From assembly GCA_011364905.1 (NCBI GenBank), contig RDNZ01000028.1:1-36268 (forward strand): a stretch of DNA of 36,268 bases, in the 5' to 3' direction. Source of the stretch: Candidatus Thorarchaeota archaeon. Lineage in GTDB: Archaea; Asgardarchaeota; Thorarchaeia; Thorarchaeales; Thorarchaeaceae. Made by a program: the position numbers and the translations under genes. The notes under the pieces were generated by a model. It did not search any database and was not told the origin of the DNA. It saw nothing but the letters and a program-made list of their open reading frames with translations. Below are positions 1 through 10,939 of the stretch, piece after piece. The first letter of the stretch is position 1, and each line of letters starts with the position of its first letter.

Positions 1-97
1 TTGTGGGGCCTGCTCCTTCTTCTCCCTCCCTCTGGATGGCACGCATCATGTCAGCTAGGATGCGCATCTTTGAGCGATAGGCCCGTTTTCCATTCAT
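1..97 (-). CDS. Partial (N-terminus) winged helix-turn-helix transcriptional regulator, COG3432/HTH_45-like; runs off the window edge
   Basis: Manual translation from ATG at 97: MNGKRAYRSKMRILADMMRAIQREGEEGAGPT..., resembling the RS-x-x-x-I-x-x-D...G-x-T start of archaeal wHTH regulators; ATGA overlap with the stop of the upstream gene at 94-96. Confidence 0.65.
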   Translation of the reverse strand, partial: MNGKRAYRSKMRILADMMRAIQREGEEGAGPT

Positions 98-777
98 TCT
101 ACTCTGCCTGCCTTGACTAGCAAGACCAAAAATGACACGAAGCCCAGAAGCTGAGCCGCTTGACTCAACAGATAGAACCCAGGATTGGCTGCAACCTGAG
201 CCATCATCATATGGCTCAATAAAAGCAGGAGGAACCCAACCAGAACATAGCGTGCAAAACGACTTCGAGTCGACATATAGTTGACAATCGCCTGCAAGAC
301 CACAATGACCAGAACGATGATGGCGATGACCTCGAGACTTGGATCCACTAAAAAGGTCGCCATTAGCATCATACTGCTTTCGGACACCTCTTGAGGACGC
401 CGTCTGGGAGGTCTTGTTGCTATTACGAAGAGAACATACGCCATAATCCTCGATGCACCATATGCGATTGTGACAATCGAGAAAACCACTCCACCAGCTT
501 CGAAATCGGCTCCAAAATGCACAAGAAAGTACCATGTGCCAATGATTCTGCCAAACATGCCTGCAGATAGAACCAAAAATCCTGTGGAAAGGTCAGACAA
601 TCTCTTCTGACCAGTGAGGTTGTATGCCTTCGTGGCATAGTACGTCACTATCAATGCAATTATACCACTGATGAATTCGAAGACTAGATCCAGTCTGATT
701 ATTTCCAATCCTATTTGCATTGGTGACGCCTGCCTCAGTCTTGCTAGATTTGGTCTTATTGTCAATGGATGAATCAT
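94..777 (-). CDS. Multi-pass membrane protein of unknown function (true start possibly MQIGLE at 721)
   Basis: 227-aa ORF with about 6-7 hydrophobic segments; translationally coupled to the wHTH gene. Confidence 0.75.
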   Translation of the reverse strand: MIHPLTIRPNLARLRQASPMQIGLEIIRLDLVFEFISGIIALIVTYYATKAYNLTGQKRLSDLSTGFLVLSAGMFGRIIGTWYFLVHFGADFEAGGVVFSIVTIAYGASRIMAYVLFVIATRPPRRRPQEVSESSMMLMATFLVDPSLEVIAIIVLVIVVLQAIVNYMSTRSRFARYVLVGFLLLLLSHMMMAQVAANPGFYLLSQAAQLLGFVSFLVLLVKAGRVE

Positions 778-946
778 CTATGACTTTTGATTGAATCTGC
801 GACATAATTCGCGGACAGTTTTACTGGACGAATCATCCTGATAATTCGTTCATCATTACTTTATATTCAAAGAATCCTACAATATCCTAGATGGAACCTA
901 CCGATAACTGCAAGAAGCGGACCATCAACAGTGGACCGCTGTGAGT

Positions 947-964
947 GGCGGGGTACTCCCCGCC
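947..964 (-). terminator. GC-rich hairpin just downstream of the aminopeptidase gene
   Basis: ggcgggg-tact-ccccgcc, a perfect 7-bp stem 15 nt past the stop at 980. Confidence 0.4.
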
Positions 965-979
965 CTTCCATCATCTCTC

Positions 980-3589
980 TTATTCCTTTCTTTTCTCCAG
1001 TCTGCTCTCTATTTTATCTAGCCTGCCCTTGAGCTTTCTGTTCTCCTGTTGAAGTTCCTCTATGCTCCTCTTCAAGGAATCAATCTCTGTTGGCTCCTTC
1101 TTCTTACTCAGCTCCCTTATGGCTACTCGACATCTGCGGACAATTCCGCTCTCCGCCGCTCGTGCGGCAAGACTGGAGAGGGCAGGTATCAGAGACGCGT
1201 CTTCGTATGTCGCTGCAGCAGATATTGTCATCTGTTGTACTCTGTATGACCTATCAAGAATGTGTTTCTCGATGATGGAACCTATCTCAGGATGCCCCTT
1301 TTTGTAACGTTTTCCGAGCTTGGCCAGCATACTCGGAACCATGCGCCGGATCCAATCGCTAGTACCAAGTTCAAGATATTTCTTGACAATCTCTATTGTC
1401 TCTTCTTTCTCAGTTGCCACTATCCCCTCCAGACAGCCTATCTCTGTGATATCGTGCCAACTTTGAGGGCAGCTCTTCAAAAACTCTGAGAGTTCCTCAA
1501 ATGAGGAGTCATGCTGAGTCTTCCCAATCGATGTAGCTGCTGCTGCAGCGACAAAATGGCTCTCAGTATCTCCTAGGAGTTTTTTGAGGGCATGAAAAGC
1601 TCTGTCATCCTTGTAGAATTGACCAAGTGCAGTGGCTACTGCTGTTCTTGCTTTTGTGTTCTTGAGTTCGACTGCTTTGATGAGCCAATCTAAGGCTGCC
1701 TCAGACTTCAGTGATCCTAGTATTTTTGCTATCTCAACCTGCGTACCCCAGAAAGTTTCTTCCAGAAGGGCTCTCCCCAGAGCTTCCACAGATTTTGGTG
1801 TGGCCTTCTTGCCTAGGGCCTCAGCCGCCTTTATCTTCTGGATTGTGCTTGAACCATTCTTAAGTTGCTTGATCCACACAGGCTCAGGTTTGTCGATATC
1901 CCATTGCATAAGGACTGCATAATCTGGATCGATGACCACCTGTGCTGGTTTATTTTGAATTGGATAGTAGAATTCATGCACTCGCTCAGTGATTTGCATA
2001 GTATTACGAGTTCGTAAGCCACTCTCATCAACAAACTCCACAGTGAGGGGGAAGCGAAATACCTCTGGTGTCATGTCATCATCTGATTTTTGAGTTTGCT
2101 CGATTCTGACACATATATGGCCAATCTTTTTGTCATAAGACACCTTGATTTTACACTCGGGGTACCCAGCCTTGTACAGCCACTGATCGAAAAACCATCC
2201 ATAGTCCTCACCCGTCATCTCTGTAAATAGACTCTCAAGGTCATGAGTATAGACTGACTTGAATGAGAACCTTGTCATCCACTCGCCAAGTATCTTCCAC
2301 CATCGTTCTTCACCTACGAGATGCTTAAGCATGTAGTATCTCCAAGCAGCTCCAGGATACAGATGTGCATCGAACACATCCGAACCTCGTTCCCACTCGT
2401 TTTTCACAATAGGCCGACGGTACTTATTCTTGTCCTCATCAAAGTAAGTTTGCTGTTTACCAAATTGGTCATAGAGATACTCCTCATCTCCCTTATCATG
2501 ACGTTTCCATTCGTTTTGCATTTGGGAAGCCCACCCCTCATTGAGCCAGCCATGAGACCATGTCCGACATGTCACTAGGTCACCGCCCCAACTATGCGCG
2601 AGTTCATGTGAAACAAGACCATCAGAGTCGAAGTCCAGATGAGTCCTCTCATCATGTAGGGTGGCATCAGTCTGTGTGGTCGCACTTGCGTTCTCCATAC
2701 CCCCTATGGTGAAGTTGGCTGCAGTCACTTGAGCGTATTTAGCCCACGGAAATTTCACACCCAGTTTTGCCTCATAGAACTCGACCATCTCAGGAGTCTT
2801 TCCAAATGACCGGTAGACAGTATCCCTGTCCCACTTTTTGTGAACATAATAACTGACCTCAACGCCGTCCAAATCCTCCTTGTACTCGATATACTCGGAT
2901 ATCGCCACTGTCATCAGATAAGCTGGAATGGGTTGTTCCTGTACCCAGTGGAAGGTTTCAGTTCCGTCATCATTCTCCTTCCTGCTTTTCAGATATCCAT
3001 TACTCATTGCAAAGAAGCCTTTTGGAACTGTAAGAATCATTTCTGTTGAGAACTTGTGACTTGGATTGTCATAGACAGGGACACAATACCTTGCGTAGTC
3101 GTCTTGCATTTGTGTCCAAGCGCTGGTTTCAACTTCCGGGAACTCTGGACATGAATTGGTAAAGAAGAGACCCGCCCTCGGATGGTCTATTGTATATGTA
3201 AAACCAAGTTCATCCGATTCTCCTTCCGCGAGGGTATGTTCAAGATCGATAGACATTGCCTGCTCATCAGGCATCATTTCAAACGTGAGTGAGTTTCCCT
3301 TTGAGTCTGTTATACTACTGATATCCAACTCCATTGCATGGAGAAAGATCTTACTCAATTCCGGAACGATGCTTTGAATCTTAAGTTTTGATACAGCACT
3401 TACATGTTCACCTCTAAGGTCTACATTCCAGTTAACCTCCAGATGCAGAATGTTATAATGCCTTGGAGGCGCCCACTGCGGCTTTGCAGTAGGAAATGTG
3501 AAAGACTCTCGTTCTGCAAGTAGCAGACTCTCTGCCTCATGAATTCCATCTCGTATCAATGACTCCAGATAGTCGTGAAAATCAGTCAA
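980..3589 (-). CDS. pepN: M1-family zinc aminopeptidase (aminopeptidase N-like) with C-terminal HEAT repeats and coiled coil
   Basis: GGMEN exopeptidase motif; HELAHSW...WLNEG (HExxH-x18-E); HEAT-like helical repeats; 869 aa. Confidence 0.93.
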   Translation of the reverse strand: MTDFHDYLESLIRDGIHEAESLLLAERESFTFPTAKPQWAPPRHYNILHLEVNWNVDLRGEHVSAVSKLKIQSIVPELSKIFLHAMELDISSITDSKGNSLTFEMMPDEQAMSIDLEHTLAEGESDELGFTYTIDHPRAGLFFTNSCPEFPEVETSAWTQMQDDYARYCVPVYDNPSHKFSTEMILTVPKGFFAMSNGYLKSRKENDDGTETFHWVQEQPIPAYLMTVAISEYIEYKEDLDGVEVSYYVHKKWDRDTVYRSFGKTPEMVEFYEAKLGVKFPWAKYAQVTAANFTIGGMENASATTQTDATLHDERTHLDFDSDGLVSHELAHSWGGDLVTCRTWSHGWLNEGWASQMQNEWKRHDKGDEEYLYDQFGKQQTYFDEDKNKYRRPIVKNEWERGSDVFDAHLYPGAAWRYYMLKHLVGEERWWKILGEWMTRFSFKSVYTHDLESLFTEMTGEDYGWFFDQWLYKAGYPECKIKVSYDKKIGHICVRIEQTQKSDDDMTPEVFRFPLTVEFVDESGLRTRNTMQITERVHEFYYPIQNKPAQVVIDPDYAVLMQWDIDKPEPVWIKQLKNGSSTIQKIKAAEALGKKATPKSVEALGRALLEETFWGTQVEIAKILGSLKSEAALDWLIKAVELKNTKARTAVATALGQFYKDDRAFHALKKLLGDTESHFVAAAAATSIGKTQHDSSFEELSEFLKSCPQSWHDITEIGCLEGIVATEKEETIEIVKKYLELGTSDWIRRMVPSMLAKLGKRYKKGHPEIGSIIEKHILDRSYRVQQMTISAAATYEDASLIPALSSLAARAAESGIVRRCRVAIRELSKKKEPTEIDSLKRSIEELQQENRKLKGRLDKIESRLEKRKE

Positions 3590-3911
3590 TTAGTTTCACT
3601 CCTGACAATATCTCTAACGCGTTCGCACAGACACCATCTTGTTATGAAGCTTCGCGACTCTGCAGATTATTTCGTGTCGAGTCGAAAGAAGGTCCAAAAG
3701 AGAGAGAGTAATTCTGAAAAGTGCAGATTAGAGTTAAGCGCGTGGTCAAACTGAGAGAGCGGCTCTTCATGAGGCTCAATCCGCAGTTTTCAAAGGACAT
3801 CAAGAAGCTCGCTTGGGGCTAGTATGATAAACCACACCCCTGTTGCTAATTAGAGGCGGTCTTTCTATCCGCTTCGTAGGGCTCTCAAATGGTTCGTCAA
3901 GCGGTCCCTTG

Positions 3912-3925
3912 GAAAGCTTTTTATT
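3912..3925 (+). promoter_or_regulatory. Candidate archaeal BRE-TATA promoter of the 16S rRNA transcript
   Basis: gaaagc-tttttatt (purine-rich BRE plus TTTWW box) upstream of a structured leader and the 16S gene. Confidence 0.5.
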
Positions 3926-4090
3926 CGAACTCTTCGCGGGGGGTTTTGCTTTCGCATCATACGGTGTCAGGCCGGATGCTATCGGCGAGTGCCAAGCGAT
4001 GATGGCTGGTGATTTCCAGATGCGAGTACAAGATGCGGACGTGAGATAGACTGACACAAGGAGTGTTAGAATGCCCTCAGGTCTAAGAAA

Positions 4091-4156
4091 GGCTCAACAG
4101 TGTGCAGGTATAATTAGGGTAAGCCATCTCTGCTAACCCCGTTACGCCTGTACTTC
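4091..4156 (+). other. 5' arm of the pre-16S rRNA processing stem (BHB-like site at 4129-4135)
   Basis: Pairs with 5780-5842: ggctcaacagtg/cattgttgagcc, gcaggta/tacctgt, aggg/ccct, accccgtta/tgacggggt, gcct/aggc, tacttc/gaagta; tctg+cta bulge lies opposite cggg+tga bulge. Confidence 0.85.
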
Positions 4157-4251
4157 ATCAAGCAATTACAGTTCAAAGTGTGTAAAAACTTGTACATGAT
4201 GACTGACCACTACTCCAGTCACACCTTGCTAACCATGTACAATGTGGACCA

Positions 4252-5753
<1,502 letters not shown>

Positions 5754-5769
5754 ATGCTTTATCCATCTT

Positions 5770-5863
5770 AGATGGGTAAGAAGTAGAGGCTGACGGGGTC
5801 GGGTGAACAGGGAACTTTCCCTTTACCTGTCATTGTTGAGCCACCCTTTTCATTTTGCAATTG
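5770..5863 (+). repeat. Repeat copy 1 (native 16S trailer: 3' arm of the processing stem plus T-rich tail)
   Basis: agatgggtaagaagtagaggctgacggggtcgggtgaacagggaactttccctttacctgtcattgttgagccacccttttcattttgcaattg; complementary to 4091-4156. Confidence 0.92.
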
Positions 5864-5940
5864 ACACAACAGAAATGAACGAAACCATAAAAGGTGAAAA
5901 GCATCTAACACGTATCTTATACATCTCATTGTTAGAAGCA

Positions 5941-6441
5941 ATGTTGGAGAGAAAGTATAAGATTGCAAAAGTCGCGGTCATCATGAGGAGTGTTCCGTCG
6001 ATATCACAGTGTATCACAGTGACTACATTTCTAACGCCTTTTGCTGTCAAAATTTTCCAAACCCCATTATTCGCCTCTGGACTAGCATGGTACTTCCCAT
6101 TCTGGAAGTACTATTACGGTAATGACGAATCTGGCGACTTTGCATTTCTTCGGACCTTCCGTCTTGATGGACTCCTCACCCTTGAGATCTTTACGACTGT
6201 CGTACTTGTGACTACCGGGTTGATATTGGCTGAGGTCTTGCGTCGTGCAAAGAATGAGGCTAAGTGGTACAATTTCGGGTGGTTTTCGGTACTCACAGCA
6301 ACGATAATTCAAATTGCTACCCCACTTATCGCCATGTCAATGTTGGATGGGTTCAATATCTATATGTATCTGCCAATACCAACTCCATCAGTATTCGCCA
6401 TGGTCGGACTCATCATGATTCGCAGGAAGAAAAACCTGTAG
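5941..6441 (+). CDS. Hypothetical membrane protein (cassette 1); start uncertain (5875 or 5941)
   Basis: ORF track 5803-6441 starts inside the repeat, so a later ATG was chosen; about 4 TM segments and a basic C-terminus. Confidence 0.7.
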   Translation: MLERKYKIAKVAVIMRSVPSISQCITVTTFLTPFAVKIFQTPLFASGLAWYFPFWKYYYGNDESGDFAFLRTFRLDGLLTLEIFTTVVLVTTGLILAEVLRRAKNEAKWYNFGWFSVLTATIIQIATPLIAMSMLDGFNIYMYLPIPTPSVFAMVGLIMIRRKKNL

Positions 6442-6514
6442 GATTGGTTCTGGATTAGGTCCTTCCCGCGAAACACCATCTCAAATGGTGGTTACAGCTT
6501 GTTCTGTCTTCGGA

Positions 6515-6601
6515 CAGAGAGAGGTGCAGGCTTACGACGGGGTCAGGTAATCAGGGAACTTTCCCTCTCCTCACCTGTTGAGCCACCCTTTTCATTTTGC
6601 A
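6515..6601 (+). repeat. Repeat copy 2 (alternative left-arm allele)
   Basis: cagagagaggtgcaggcttacgacggggtcaggtaatcagggaactttccctctcctcacctgttgagccacccttttcattttgca. Confidence 0.9.
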
Positions 6602-6758
6602 TAAACCAAAGTGTCTGAAAGAAGATAGTCATTTCTATGTTCTCTACAATAAAGCTCTCTATTCCAGAAATAGACATTCGTTGATGCTAAAGCTTAACTC
6701 TATGGCTAGCTATCTGTAAGTTTAGGAGTTTCAGTACTGCGGGATTCACAATGATACT

Positions 6759-7631
6759 TTGGTGAAGGGAACAATGTCATTTGGACATCCATGTTATCAA
6801 CGAATGTCGAAGACACATGCTGCTCTCTTTCTCACACTCTTTCTTTTTCTTCTACCGATTCAGTCAGGATGCGCGGTTTCTGAATCTAACATCACTCAGT
6901 CATTTAGAGCAGCACCGTTGCAAGATATTCCTAATAATCAATCGATAACAATGATGCTGAACGGACACCCTCTTGGGAACTCAATTAATGCCACTTTGGT
7001 CTTTGGATTTCGATTTGATTCTACCGAAAATGAGTACAAAATCGGTTTCTCTCAGCAGTATCTAAGTATCTCAGATTCGCCCCTCTTTCTCCGTGCACTT
7101 GGTCTGGGATACGATGAGATGAGAGAGTTTCCATTCGCATACACTACTGAAGGCATGATCACGGATTATTGGTATAATCACACACCGAATTGGACAAGTA
7201 AAAGACCATACCTGACTTGGACAGAAAAGAGTAGATGGGGTGGATATCTAGGACCGATATCTGAGGAGAATATGACTCATCTCTCAATGGCTGGCGATTT
7301 CGTTGAATTTGAGAATCTAACCATCTACTACGAGGATGGCTCATCTTCGTTATGCGGTCCTGAGTTGATAACACTTGGTGTTAACCTTACAAAAACTGAT
7401 AGCGAGTGGTCGGTTCAATATGTGATCTCTACATCGACATTGGAAGGAGTTACCATAGATGAGTCGCGAGTTACAATTCAACTGACCAAAGCAGACCAGG
7501 TGTCGATTGTGTTCATCTCGATGTTATCCGGAGGAATTGTTCTGGTCATCATTACTATCGTAATCTACAAGAAAAGAGAATCGATTGTCCGTACTAAAAC
7601 CCATGAATCATCAAGCATATCCCCAGTCTGA
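6759..7631 (+). CDS. Secreted/surface protein with N-terminal signal and C-terminal TM anchor
   Basis: Hydrophobic N-terminal stretch (AALFLTLFLFLLPI), C-terminal TM followed by YKKR; start may be 6774 or later. Confidence 0.75.
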   Translation: MVKGTMSFGHPCYQRMSKTHAALFLTLFLFLLPIQSGCAVSESNITQSFRAAPLQDIPNNQSITMMLNGHPLGNSINATLVFGFRFDSTENEYKIGFSQQYLSISDSPLFLRALGLGYDEMREFPFAYTTEGMITDYWYNHTPNWTSKRPYLTWTEKSRWGGYLGPISEENMTHLSMAGDFVEFENLTIYYEDGSSSLCGPELITLGVNLTKTDSEWSVQYVISTSTLEGVTIDESRVTIQLTKADQVSIVFISMLSGGIVLVIITIVIYKKRESIVRTKTHESSSISPV

Positions 7632-7679
7632 AATGATATTCACTCTGCGGTGCAATCTTTAGGTTTTCCCAAAGCCAAG

Positions 7680-7720
7680 ACAGAAACTTGTCCTTACTTC
7701 GCCTGTTGAGCCACCCTTTC
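7680..7720 (+). repeat. Repeat copy 3 (right half only)
   Basis: acagaaacttgtccttacttcgcctgttgagccaccctttc. Confidence 0.8.
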
Positions 7721-7812
7721 TCTCAAAAAATGAAGACACCTGCATTTCTTGCACATTCTACTCTATCTAGTGGCATTCCTTTATTCATTCTGCATCCTCG
7801 TGGAGACAGATT

Positions 7813-8328
7813 TTATGGTTCATTTGGTAGTAGTGGTGACCGATACCCAAGCTCCTTTAGCTTTTTGTAAAGCAATTTACTGGAGTCCATTGATCCTGAA
7901 CGTCTCCATTTAGCGGCAAGATCTGGTTCAATAGATTTGATTTTTTCAAACCATGCCATTGCAAAGACAGCTAGAGATTCAGGAATTAATCTGGCATTGG
8001 TAACCTTAGCTTCGACAAGCTTTCCCATTGAATCGAAGAATGAACCTACAAAGATGAATTTAGCATATGCTTTGGGATTTGTTCTGGGTCCATATTTCTG
8101 ATCGAACTCTTGAGCATCTTTCCAATTCCACTCTATAACAACTTCTGAAGCATGCTGAATAAACTCCAAGTCTGCCTGTCTATGAAAATCAAGAAAGACT
8201 GAAGCTTGTCTTGACTTTGCAAAGTTCCTTATAGAGAGAACACTCATGATAACACCAATTAGGACGCTTGCTGCGGCAATCATTATTGATATCGATTGTA
8301 AATCCAGCTCCATCTGCAAGTGACTCAC
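7813..8328 (-). CDS. N-terminally membrane-anchored hypothetical protein (DUF4760-like architecture)
   Basis: One N-terminal TM followed by a helical domain with FFDSMGKLV; family call is by resemblance only. Confidence 0.7.
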   Translation of the reverse strand: MSHLQMELDLQSISIMIAAASVLIGVIMSVLSIRNFAKSRQASVFLDFHRQADLEFIQHASEVVIEWNWKDAQEFDQKYGPRTNPKAYAKFIFVGSFFDSMGKLVEAKVTNARLIPESLAVFAMAWFEKIKSIEPDLAAKWRRSGSMDSSKLLYKKLKELGYRSPLLPNEP

Positions 8329-8467
8329 CTATGTCCTGTCGTGAGGAATATTCTATACTAAAAAAGGCTCTGAGTAGAGCTCCAGATTTCCAAGAAGCAA
8401 GACGGAGTGTGCAAACAGATTTGAAGAGTAGTTTTGTTGTTTTGTATACTATCTATTTGCAAAGAAG

Positions 8468-8608
8468 ATGAAAGTAAGGGAACTGAGATTCTATCTGGTT
8501 AGACATGGCCAATCTGAAGCAAATGTAACGAAGACGATCTCTGGACATAGCGAAACGCCACTAACTGAATTAGGACAAGCCCAGGCTGAAGCTATTGGGA
8601 TGACTTGA
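8468..8608 (+). pseudogene. Truncated histidine phosphatase (phosphoglycerate mutase-like) N-terminal fragment
   Basis: Manual translation MKVRELRFYLVRHGQSEANVTKTISGHSETPLTELGQAQAEAIGMT*: RHG motif and PLT-x-x-G-x-x-QA motif; only 46 aa. Confidence 0.85.
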
Positions 8609-8737
8609 ACTTCTCATTTCAGTGGGATTCCTAGACGCTTCATACCAATATTTGTAGTTGAATATCTGTATCCAGCAGATGCGTGAGATATGTAGTATTA
8701 TTATAGGCGTATATGAGATTCCATTCTGAGGATTTCA

Positions 8738-9010
8738 ATGACTGAAAATGATGAGCTAAGAAAAGAAGCAAAAGAGCGGGCTGAAATGAAGTTTTCATTC
8801 TATATCAACATCGCGCTCTATATAATCATCAATGGCATTCTCATTTCCATCTGGTACTTCAATGGTATGGGATATCCATGGATCATCTTTCCGCTAGTAG
8901 GATGGGGAATAGCTGTCGTGATACATTATCTTTTGGCATTTGTCTTCCCTGGAAGAAAGTTCTTAGATGGAATGGCTGAGAAAGAATATGAAAAATTAAC
9001 AAGGGGCTAG
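8738..9010 (+). CDS. 2TM domain-containing protein
   Basis: EAKERAE...FYIN..LYIIIN and WIIFPLVGWGIAVVIH are characteristic of the 2TM family. Confidence 0.85.
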   Translation: MTENDELRKEAKERAEMKFSFYINIALYIIINGILISIWYFNGMGYPWIIFPLVGWGIAVVIHYLLAFVFPGRKFLDGMAEKEYEKLTRG

Positions 9011-9102
9011 CGTACGCTATCCCTAAACTCTTTTTTTTGACTTAGCTTTTTGAGAGAACCGATATAATTAGTCCTAACGATCCGATGGACACAACCAGTC
9101 TC

Positions 9103-9189
9103 AGATGGGTAAGAAGTAGAGGCTGACGGGGTCGGGTGAACAGGGACCTTTCCCTTGCCTGTACTATTGAGTCACTCTTCTCATTTTAC
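9103..9189 (+). repeat. Repeat copy 4 (full length)
   Basis: First 44 nt identical to 5770-5813, then cctttcccttgcctgtactattgagtcactcttctcattttac. Confidence 0.95.
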
Positions 9190-9288
9190 ATTCAGTCTCA
9201 GTGGTTTGCAGGTCTGGTCTTATTCACCTGAAATCTCAAACAGATATTTCGATAGTATGAAATATCACGATTCATCTTTTGACGTAAT

Positions 9289-9765
9289 GTGATTAATTCA
9301 GAATTACTGAGCGCCTTTCGAATAATAGTCAATCAGCTAGAGGACGAGGACATTCGCTGGACAATAATGGGAAGTGCTAGTCTTGCTCTTCAAGGAGTAG
9401 ATATCACCCCCAACGATATCGATATTCTAACAGATGAGTATGGGGCGTTCAAAATTGGTGTATTATTGAAAGAATTTGAAATCAAACCAGTTAGCTTTAG
9501 CCAGACTGATCTTTTCGAGTCTTTCTACGGCATCTATGACATAGAAGGAACAAAAGTCGATGTAATGGGAGATTTTAGAGTGCGGTTAGAAGGTACATGG
9601 GTTTCTCTATCTGATAGACTCGAATCACCATCACTTGTTCAAATCAATGCAATGAATATACCTGTATCCTCAATGCATGATCAACTATTATTCTATGAAA
9701 AACTAGGTCGTGAGAAAGACAAAGATTGCATTTTAAAGATTAAGAAAGTTCTCAGAATTTTCTGA
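9289..9765 (+). CDS. Pol-beta superfamily nucleotidyltransferase (aminoglycoside adenylyltransferase-like, small)
   Basis: GS-x-S-L-x-x-QG...PNDIDIL motif and third Asp in KVDVMG. Confidence 0.8.
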   Translation: MINSELLSAFRIIVNQLEDEDIRWTIMGSASLALQGVDITPNDIDILTDEYGAFKIGVLLKEFEIKPVSFSQTDLFESFYGIYDIEGTKVDVMGDFRVRLEGTWVSLSDRLESPSLVQINAMNIPVSSMHDQLLFYEKLGREKDKDCILKIKKVLRIF

Positions 9766-9854
9766 AGATGCGAGGCCCGCTGTCAAATTAGAAAGTATCT
9801 ATTTAAAATCCGAATACGATATTAGCAAGCAAATGCTAGTACTGTGAAGGTTAG

Positions 9855-10775
9855 GTGCTGAGTTTGGACGAGATTGACAAGGGAATTCTCTTTGGAATGC
9901 TCCAAAATTGTAGAACTCCATATCGAACCCTTGCCCAGCAGTTTAACATGACCGCAAATGCTGTCAAGAAGAGAGTTCAGAAGCTGGTTGATACAGGTGT
10001 GATTGTGAAGTTTACCGCCGAACTTTCTCCGGCTATGGTAGATGGTGAGAACTGTCTTGCTGTGATTTTCACGGATGGAGGAGAGGATGCGGATGAACTT
10101 GTTCAAAAAATAGGATCACACTTGTTGATAAGAGAGGTAGGCATCTTATCTGGTTCATCATATTTGGCAATGGGAACCCACATTGGTTCAGAGAGTCTTA
10201 GAGACCTTGGCAGCTTTCTTCGCGGAATTGATAATGTCAAGAGTGTTGAGCTACACGGTCTTGTAAAGGATGCGCTTCATGGAAGGAAGACTATTTTGAC
10301 CAAACTGCAGCTTAGAGTTCTACACTGCCTTGTCGAAGATCCTCGTATGTCGACTAGAAAGATATCAGAGATAACCGGACTTACAGTAAGAAGAACTCGA
10401 TTAACAATCAATAAACTTCTCGATAGTGGAGCAGTTTCCCTTGGAATAAGATGGAATCTAAGCGCAGGAGAAGGATTTGTCTTTCTTTTGAAAATCAGAT
10501 GGGATGACAAAACTGGAAGTCTTGGGAATGTGCTCCTCTTCATAAGTGAGAATTTCCCTGTGGCATTCTATGGTCCATTAGTTTCAGCAACAGAATCAAT
10601 AGTTTTTGCAGTATTTGTTGTTAAGCAGTTCAAAGATGCAGATTCAATATCAAAGAAGATTACACAAGCACCTTTTGTGGAAACTTGTCAAGCGCTTTTT
10701 GGCAGACCTCAAAAAAGTTTTCCAGATATCCGCAGTACTCACCTTACAGAACTACTCAAAAATGCTGGTCTGTAA
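9855..10775 (+). CDS. Tandem Lrp/AsnC-type winged-helix transcriptional regulator
   Basis: Two HTH units: LDEIDKGIL...NCRTPYRTLA...AVKKRVQKL and LQLRVLHCLVEDPRMSTRKIS. Confidence 0.88.
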   Translation: MLSLDEIDKGILFGMLQNCRTPYRTLAQQFNMTANAVKKRVQKLVDTGVIVKFTAELSPAMVDGENCLAVIFTDGGEDADELVQKIGSHLLIREVGILSGSSYLAMGTHIGSESLRDLGSFLRGIDNVKSVELHGLVKDALHGRKTILTKLQLRVLHCLVEDPRMSTRKISEITGLTVRRTRLTINKLLDSGAVSLGIRWNLSAGEGFVFLLKIRWDDKTGSLGNVLLFISENFPVAFYGPLVSATESIVFAVFVVKQFKDADSISKKITQAPFVETCQALFGRPQKSFPDIRSTHLTELLKNAGL

Positions 10776-10939
10776 ATCTCGTTTCATAGAACTTCTATCT
10801 ATGCCTGAATGCTCTATATGAACAACTGAGTTCACAAATCACTTCTTTTCTGCACCTTGTCAGGTTCTTACTGAACTTGTTAGCACACATGAATAGAATT
10901 GCTTTTTCTGTCCCACATTAGTAGAGGTGATTTCATCAA

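Noticed and set aside
3800-4057. Short ORFs upstream of 16S
   Set aside because: They overlap the rRNA promoter and leader and have no protein-like motifs.
5768-5968. Minus-strand ORF ending in the repeat (…MTGKGKVPCSPDPVSLYFLPI) as a repeated peptide gene
   Set aside because: The copies carry indels and truncations that break the frame, and conservation follows RNA pairing rather than codons.
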